The notes under the pieces are model-generated. The model did not search any database. It had not been told where the DNA came from and was given only the letters and a program-made list of their open reading frames with translations. Both the position numbers and the translations under genes were made by a program. A stretch of 64,000 nt of DNA, from the IMG/VR virus record IMGVR_UViG_3300025389_001172, positions 64,001 through 128,000 of that record; one strand, given 5' to 3'. Source of the stretch: a virus. Lineage: Duplodnaviria > Caudoviricetes. This document shows positions 58,123 to 64,000 of this stretch, piece after piece (positions within the stretch are counted from its first letter, which is position 1; each line of letters opens with the position of its first letter).

Positions 58123-58539
58123 ATGACAACAAAGTTTTCACACGTCAAAGGTACTGAAGCCGAATTCAAAGGCGGAGGACTGAGAGATTTTTTCGTTTAC
58201 AAAGATCTAGGAGTAGCGGCGGCTACCGATGGTCGCGTCCTAGCACACATCACCAAAGCTAACTTACCTCCAGAATCGTCAGGCGGTACAGGATGGCACA
58301 TACACGTGGCTGAGTTCCAAATCGTTTACATGTTGAAAGGTTGGGCCAAGTTCATGTACGAAGACAAGATACATTTAGTGGAAGCAGGCGATTGTGTACA
58401 GCAACGTCCGGGTATCGTGCATTATCTCTACGACTACTCACCGGACATGGAATACTTGGAAATCATTACTCCAGCAGACTACGGCACAGAGCCTGCAGAA
58501 GCGCCTTGCGAAATACCAGAACCCGAGGCATGGAAATAG
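58123..58539 (+). CDS. Cupin-domain protein
   Basis: GWHIH..FQIVYMLKGW, EAGDCVQQRPGIVH. Confidence 0.85.
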   Translation: MTTKFSHVKGTEAEFKGGGLRDFFVYKDLGVAAATDGRVLAHITKANLPPESSGGTGWHIHVAEFQIVYMLKGWAKFMYEDKIHLVEAGDCVQQRPGIVHYLYDYSPDMEYLEIITPADYGTEPAEAPCEIPEPEAWK

Positions 58540-58542
58540 CTC

Positions 58543-59118
58543 ATGCGGTTGGTTTACATCCATGGGGCCAGTGCTACCAGCGAAAGCTTCAACTATATAA
58601 GAAGCAAGCTGGGCGGACGAGATATGACTGTAGACTATGATAGTCGTAATGGATTTGAAAATAATCTAGCGGCCATCAAAGAACAGATTGGCAAGACTCA
58701 AGACATATTCTTTGTAGCACACAGTCTAGGCGGGATCTATAGTCTACATCTAGCCAATGCTATTCCCAAACAAGTATTAGGAGCTGTTACACTGAGCACA
58801 CCCTACGGTGGTGCAGAAGTGGCAGATTTTGCCAAGTTCTTTCTACCCTTCAGCAGATTAATGCGCGACATAGGCCCTAGCTCATGGGCTATGAGACAGG
58901 CAGACAAGATCAAGATACAGCATCCATGGTGCAACGTGGTCACTGTAAGAGGACAGAGTCCGTTTATGGCAGAAGCCAATGACGGAGTTGTAACCATAGC
59001 TAGTATGCGTCATCATGCTGATATGGAATTAGTGGAAGTAGATTACAACCACTATGAAGTAGTGCTGAGTGATAAAATTGTAGATATTATTCGAGAACGA
59101 ACAAAAAAGTTCACATAA
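58543..59118 (+). CDS. Alpha/beta hydrolase (lipase/esterase-like)
   Basis: YIHGA, AHSLGG, STPYGG, NDGVV, H near C-terminus. Confidence 0.85.
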   Translation: MRLVYIHGASATSESFNYIRSKLGGRDMTVDYDSRNGFENNLAAIKEQIGKTQDIFFVAHSLGGIYSLHLANAIPKQVLGAVTLSTPYGGAEVADFAKFFLPFSRLMRDIGPSSWAMRQADKIKIQHPWCNVVTVRGQSPFMAEANDGVVTIASMRHHADMELVEVDYNHYEVVLSDKIVDIIRERTKKFT

Positions 59119-59216
59119 TAGTTGTTTATTATCATTTAGGCATATATAATAGTACAGTAGAGAAAAACAAGTATCTACTGAGTAGTACACAGACATTACA
59201 CACAGAGGAGAAAAAT

Positions 59217-59495
59217 ATGTCAACATCATTTGAAACACCAAAATTACCAGAAGTAAAATTCAACAAGAACGGCTACGAAATACGTTCAGACATTCTTGGA
59301 ATGGCAAAAAGCCTAGTACAAGATGACTTTCATGCCAAGTTCCAAGGTTGGGAAATGTCAACTGCTAAAGATCCAAAGACTGGCAAGTTAGTTACCACAG
59401 TTGGTATGCCAGAATTTCCAGGTCTTGACAAAGTATTAGAAACAGCAGAAAAAATGTATGAGTTTGTAAACAAAGGTGTAGCAATAAAGAAATAA
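59217..59495 (+). CDS. Hypothetical phage protein
   Basis: GAGGAG RBS; KNGYEIRSDILGMAK, VLETAEKMYEFV. Confidence 0.65.
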   Translation: MSTSFETPKLPEVKFNKNGYEIRSDILGMAKSLVQDDFHAKFQGWEMSTAKDPKTGKLVTTVGMPEFPGLDKVLETAEKMYEFVNKGVAIKK

Positions 59496-59525
59496 TATAA
59501 TAATTAAAATATTAAGGCATAGCCA

Positions 59526-59552
59526 GACCCTGGGGATTCCCGGGGTTTTTTA
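59526..59552 (+). terminator. Intrinsic terminator between convergent genes
   Basis: CCCTGGG-GATT-CCCGGGG followed by TTTTTT. Confidence 0.75.
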
Positions 59553-60356
59553 TTGGCCCTGTTCTGCCCAATCAGGATCTCCCGGATGTACCTGACTGTA
59601 CCCACGCTTCCACTCTTTCCTATATTGATCGGCTGGTAGGAGATCATCGAAGGTCAGTCCTTTGGCGACTCTATCTTTGATCTGAGGGAATAATTTCTGT
59701 ATATAGGCTTTATCCTTGCTACGTGGACCAATAACTTCGCTGGTACCTGATCCAGTATCATAGGATATCCACCACTCAGTAGGTTCGACACGTTTTGGAG
59801 GATTTCCATATGTATAGCCATTGCCGCTGATCCGTAGTTTTTTAGGATTAGTATATTCTGTCTGTGGTTGAGGTTTGTTTACCTGAGGTTGTTGGTTGGG
59901 ATTCTCACCTTGTCTGCGCCATGGTTCTACCTTGACACCTAATTTTGCCGCATGGTTTAAGAATGCCTTGGGTATCTTTAAGTTGGGATCAAACTGGATG
60001 GCTACCACGAAAGGGGCCTTGACCGGAATAGGTTTATATACTCGTTCTTCAGTTTCGTATTTGTAGTGCATCATAGCACCTACCTTGGGTCGGGCTATTA
60101 TACCCGCACGAGTCAGTGCGTCTTTATCAACCACGAACTGAGCCACAGCATGTCCATAAGGGAAACGCAGATATTGGCTACGGCTGAGGCTGATATTGTC
60201 AGGTTCTGGATTGTCCTCATCTTGATCAAACTGGAATGGTTCGTGAGGTTTTATGTATCCGCTCTTTAGGATCCTCATCACAGTAGGACCATCTGGTACT
60301 CCGTGATATAGGTAGTTGCCGCCTACCGCTTCTAGGATGAATTCTTCAGCTCTCAT
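59550..60356 (-). CDS. Putative ADP-ribosyltransferase-fold protein with capsid-targeting-like N-terminus
   Basis: MRAEEFILE; YLYHG...SLSRS...ETEERV (H-S-ExE pattern). Confidence 0.55.
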   Translation of the reverse strand: MRAEEFILEAVGGNYLYHGVPDGPTVMRILKSGYIKPHEPFQFDQDEDNPEPDNISLSRSQYLRFPYGHAVAQFVVDKDALTRAGIIARPKVGAMMHYKYETEERVYKPIPVKAPFVVAIQFDPNLKIPKAFLNHAAKLGVKVEPWRRQGENPNQQPQVNKPQPQTEYTNPKKLRISGNGYTYGNPPKRVEPTEWWISYDTGSGTSEVIGPRSKDKAYIQKLFPQIKDRVAKGLTFDDLLPADQYRKEWKRGYSQVHPGDPDWAEQGQ

Positions 60357-62014
60357 TTCTTTTTTGCCTTGGCACGGCCTGCCTTCATATTGGCTAGCCA
60401 GTGAGACATCCTGGCCTTTTCACCTGTAGAGTGTTTGGCAGTGTTACGTAGGCTAGTGACTGAGGCCTTGGTATTGACTCCCATACGTTTGGCTAGGCCC
60501 TTGCGTCCAGGATGCTTGCCATCAGCGAAGTTTTCTTCTATGCCTGCGAATGCTTGAATTTTGTATATTGCGAATTGATTTCCATTGACTACTTTGCTGG
60601 TCCATCCCGGTAGACTACCAGCTAACCGCTGTATCATCCTGGTATATAGTTTGGCTCTATTTGGTTCTGAGGCCCAGAAGTACAACATCACAGGCTTGTT
60701 CTTTTTGATATACTGTAGCATAGCATTAACCACTATACCAAAGACTTCAGCGGCAGCTCCGGTACCTTCGATACCCATTTTATAATCACGAACTGATCTT
60801 CCTGTTTGGTTGAACATCACATAACGACATCTGTCAAATATGTCGTCTGGGATACCTTCATCAAAGAAATCATCTGGACTTCCGTGATCTGGTTCTTGAT
60901 ATGGATGAGAAAAACTTAAATTATATTGGACGCCATTGCTAGCGGTAAAAGTCATCTCAACTGATTCTGGGTCACTATTATCCCATTTTGCTTGTTTACC
61001 CGCATTGGTATCGAATATCTCATCTAGGCCCTCGGTGATTGGTTTAGATGATAGATATTCTGGATACTGTTTGTTGAAGTGGCGCATTACGATACCAGCG
61101 ACAGCGTGTGCTTCATTCTCGATAGGTGATCCGGTACGACCACTGTCACTATCCAGCTGATGTTCAGTATCCTGTTTATAGTGTGTAAGCTCATGAGCCA
61201 CGGTGCGCAGGATATCATTAGGATGTCGATTCATCAGCCCTACATAGAGAACATGCTCACCGTTCTCATACTTGCCAAAGGTAGGCTGTACATCATCATG
61301 TATGTGTGCTTCGAACTTCATTCTAGGTAAATTCTTGAGACCTATATACTTCATAGCTATAGGAAGGAATTTTTCAAACATCTCTAAGAAGTTGTCTTTA
61401 TGATCAGATAAGTTTTTACCTTCTGAGATAGGTTCTGTAGTACCTTCAGGTCCTACATAATAGGCACGGAAATCAATATCTGGGTATTCATTTTTGAGAC
61501 TGTTGAATACATGTAGATTGCTATCCGAATCATCATATAGTCGTATGTGATCATACAGACCAGTATCAGCATACTTTCTTACGAACACAGCTTTCTTCTC
61601 AGCCGGGATAGCATCACCTGGTAGATTACCTGCACGATGCACATGTATCTGACTCATGTCTATTCCTAGATCGGTAAACGTCTTTAGGAATAGATCTCGA
61701 TCATCAAAATCACTCCTAGCTGTAAGCATTATGACCTTGCTGTTTTCTCCATGTGCTAATATAGTCTTTAGCTTGCGGATCATGGGCCCAATAGGCCGGC
61801 TTTCTTTATTAAATTTTTCAGCTGACCGGAATTCTCCAAAATCAAATTCTTCACCTGGCTTTAGTTGGTACCGATTAAAATCTTGATTGGTCAGTCGTTG
61901 GACAATTTTGCCATCTTTGACCACAGAAATTTGAGCAGTGGTATGTAATAATGTGTCATCTATGTCAAAGATGATTAGGTCTTTCTTTGAACGGCTAAAC
62001 TCTCTAGCTCGCAT
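60353..62014 (-). CDS. Multi-domain putative head-internal protein (HAD-like + HExxH zincin-like + other modules)
   Basis: FDIDDTL, LTAR, LYDD; AHELTH..E; linkers ending ISE, ITE, LDE, IEE. Confidence 0.65.
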   Translation of the reverse strand: MRAREFSRSKKDLIIFDIDDTLLHTTAQISVVKDGKIVQRLTNQDFNRYQLKPGEEFDFGEFRSAEKFNKESRPIGPMIRKLKTILAHGENSKVIMLTARSDFDDRDLFLKTFTDLGIDMSQIHVHRAGNLPGDAIPAEKKAVFVRKYADTGLYDHIRLYDDSDSNLHVFNSLKNEYPDIDFRAYYVGPEGTTEPISEGKNLSDHKDNFLEMFEKFLPIAMKYIGLKNLPRMKFEAHIHDDVQPTFGKYENGEHVLYVGLMNRHPNDILRTVAHELTHYKQDTEHQLDSDSGRTGSPIENEAHAVAGIVMRHFNKQYPEYLSSKPITEGLDEIFDTNAGKQAKWDNSDPESVEMTFTASNGVQYNLSFSHPYQEPDHGSPDDFFDEGIPDDIFDRCRYVMFNQTGRSVRDYKMGIEGTGAAAEVFGIVVNAMLQYIKKNKPVMLYFWASEPNRAKLYTRMIQRLAGSLPGWTSKVVNGNQFAIYKIQAFAGIEENFADGKHPGRKGLAKRMGVNTKASVTSLRNTAKHSTGEKARMSHWLANMKAGRAKAKKK

Positions 62015-62016
62015 GA

Positions 62017-63186
62017 TTAGGCCTCTTTAGAGATTTCGTAGTCCGTCTCTGGATATTGTGGATATTTGTTCCGTAATTTAGATAACAGATGCTCTCGGCT
62101 GTCAGCAGGTATATGTGCTGTGCGATCGCTAGGAATGTGTCTCACTGTCCATGTACCTGGAGTGTTATCAGCATCACCTTCTTCAGCCTCTGGTTCTTGC
62201 TCGCCACTGGCATAGGATAGTGGGAACTTGGTTTTGAGATCATTTATTTCCTTGGATATGTCATAACCTTTACCATTGGTTAGGTCTTTGCTCATCACTG
62301 TGATCTGTTCAGCGTGACTGGCTATGGCATCAACTATTTCTTTCATCAGACCGGGGAACAGTTCTGCGAACTTTTGATCATTCTTAGATAGATTGTGGCG
62401 TCCACGATCATCTTGATCAGCATTGACCAATTGATCAGTCACCGCATGCATCTGCCACTTGCCATCTTTGTTGTTCATATTGGTTTTATCTAGCACACTG
62501 ACTATCATACCATCTGGAGCATAGCGTGGAAACCATGTGGTACCACTCGATGAGCCTGTACAGAAATTGGCCTGATAGCCCGTTGAGTTGTTGAACACAT
62601 AACATGAACCGTAGTCAAATGGTACCGTGACTAGGAAACGATCATTGTCGATCAAGGTAAGATCTTTTTTCTCACGCTTCATCTTTTCTATCTTCTCAGC
62701 ATCTTTGATGCGTCTCAATTCGTGGCGATAGTCCGGATCATTGCGTAGTCGCTGTAGCTGTTTGATATTTGAAAACTTGTTGAAATCTTGATCGCGTGGT
62801 TTTAATAGGCCACGCTTGCTCAGTGCCGCCCATATACCTAGAGCATCACCACCTTCGCCATTGATATCTTCATAGTCTGCCTGTCCATTGATATACAGGC
62901 GGGTTAACCAATCATCGAATTTACCACCAGCTGATAGATCACCGTAGTCATTGCGACGGAGTGTGTCGTCGATGAGATCGCTCCATGCCTGTACCACTTG
63001 ATCATCTGTAGGTTTTGGTCCCAGGCGAGCTACTATGTTTTTAGGTATAGTATGATCGTGGCGGAAGGCTATGGACAGCATCTTGGTCTGTTTAGGATCT
63101 TTAAGGATTTTAGCAGACACATTAGCCTCTGTGACTTCAGATTCTTGGATCACATAAGGATGTTCTAGAATATGTGTTAGTTTCAT
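62017..63186 (-). CDS. Hypothetical putative head-internal protein
   Basis: MKLTHILE..IQE..VTE N-terminus; FCTGSS..WF..Y and KWQMH segment. Confidence 0.6.
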   Translation of the reverse strand: MKLTHILEHPYVIQESEVTEANVSAKILKDPKQTKMLSIAFRHDHTIPKNIVARLGPKPTDDQVVQAWSDLIDDTLRRNDYGDLSAGGKFDDWLTRLYINGQADYEDINGEGGDALGIWAALSKRGLLKPRDQDFNKFSNIKQLQRLRNDPDYRHELRRIKDAEKIEKMKREKKDLTLIDNDRFLVTVPFDYGSCYVFNNSTGYQANFCTGSSSGTTWFPRYAPDGMIVSVLDKTNMNNKDGKWQMHAVTDQLVNADQDDRGRHNLSKNDQKFAELFPGLMKEIVDAIASHAEQITVMSKDLTNGKGYDISKEINDLKTKFPLSYASGEQEPEAEEGDADNTPGTWTVRHIPSDRTAHIPADSREHLLSKLRNKYPQYPETDYEISKEA

Positions 63187-64000
63187 TATGATATTAGGCT
63201 TCGTTTGAAGAAACTCAGTATGGTTCCTAGTTTTTTAGTATCACCGCTGGAGATATCTGCCAGTAGTTTATTTGCACCCTCATCACTACCGGGTCGATAC
63301 TCTCCTCCATAGGATTTTGTAATTTCCCGGGTGTCGTCTGGATAGTAATGGCTAGCGGCCAGTATTACCGCTGTCTTAACAGCTTTATTGAATATGTCAG
63401 GAATCCTGTCACTATCTTCGTTTTCTAGAGTAACTAGGGCATTACTTAAATCTCTCAACTGACTCAGTTTGGTAGATGCCTTGTCAAAACTATCATTCTT
63501 GACCATGATGCCTACCATACCTTTGATATCTGCTATGGCAGCCCTGGCAGCTCTTTCCCAAAGCGGTTTGAATTTAATCACTAACTTACTAGGCGACATA
63601 GGACTACCGGCAGCACTTTGTTTTTGACCAGCACGTTTGGTCTGTATGTCTTTGACAGTGCCTTTTTCATCGCCTGTGTAAAAAGCTGAAGGTTTTCCAC
63701 CTAGCCGTTCTTTGAGGAAATCCATGATGGTGCCACCACGATTATTGCTAAAAGTTTCAACTTCTCCACCAGTACTGGCAAGTGCCATATAGCTGCCATG
63801 GGTCTGTTTGATAGCACCAACTCCTCGGGGATATTTCATGATGACCCAAGATCCTCGATAGTTGTCTTTGAGATCGCTCCAGCTGATCTTGTCTAGCTTC
63901 CTATATGACTGATCGTGACTTAGCCGTTCTTTTTGGTGTAGATACTTGACCACTTCTTGGCCACCTGGTAGACCTTTAATGAGATCCATGGTAGTGCTGG
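63186..64000 (-). CDS. Partial hypothetical protein (frame open to window end)
   Basis: ORF track 63186..63989; no stop upstream before the edge, so the true start is probably outside the window. Confidence 0.55.
   Translation of the reverse strand, partial: STTMDLIKGLPGGQEVVKYLHQKERLSHDQSYRKLDKISWSDLKDNYRGSWVIMKYPRGVGAIKQTHGSYMALASTGGEVETFSNNRGGTIMDFLKERLGGKPSAFYTGDEKGTVKDIQTKRAGQKQSAAGSPMSPSKLVIKFKPLWERAARAAIADIKGMVGIMVKNDSFDKASTKLSQLRDLSNALVTLENEDSDRIPDIFNKAVKTAVILAASHYYPDDTREITKSYGGEYRPGSDEGANKLLADISSGDTKKLGTILSFFKRSLIS

Noticed and set aside
1-64000. Bacterial chromosome origin or alternative genetic code
   Set aside because: Host-like genes lack their usual operon partners and sit among T4-type late promoters and virion genes; genes read intact in the standard code with all three stop codons in use

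Overview
This window is from a large, T4-like (jumbo) myophage genome. Evidence: recurrent TATAAATA/TAAATA late-promoter boxes, near-consensus sigma70 promoters, nrdA/nrdB/glutaredoxin, and head-core-like proteins with T4-type capsid-targeting N-termini. The OmpA, DnaK, rubrerythrin and permuted tmRNA suggest a betaproteobacterial host (inference). Layout: (1) 0-8 kb, glycosyltransferase/methyltransferase/kinase/nucleotidyltransferase cluster. (2) 8-21.6 kb, envelope module with csgF-csgG-curlin-FecR-curlin-autotransporter, lipid-modifying enzymes and a CHASE2 adenylate cyclase, a possible phage-encoded trans-envelope signalling system. (3) 22.7-27 kb, bilin reductase, heme oxygenase, ClpS, Hsp20, DnaK and a stand-alone HemA dimerisation domain. 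(4) 27-30.6 kb, a translationally coupled tandem array of about 12 small paralogous genes whose conserved C-terminal LRW codons double as the ribosome-binding site of the next gene, with signs of internal recombination. (5) 31-35 kb, an AT-rich helicase-methyltransferase fusion plus a separate half-methyltransferase. (6) 35-50 kb, host-takeover genes (bS21, ClpX, rubrerythrin/rubredoxin, porin, circularly permuted tmRNA, OmpA, CHAP amidase, RNR). (7) 50-64 kb, virion/head-internal proteins, including an ADP-ribosyltransferase-like protein and a multi-domain putative polyprotein. All product calls come from motif recognition by eye; no database searches were run.
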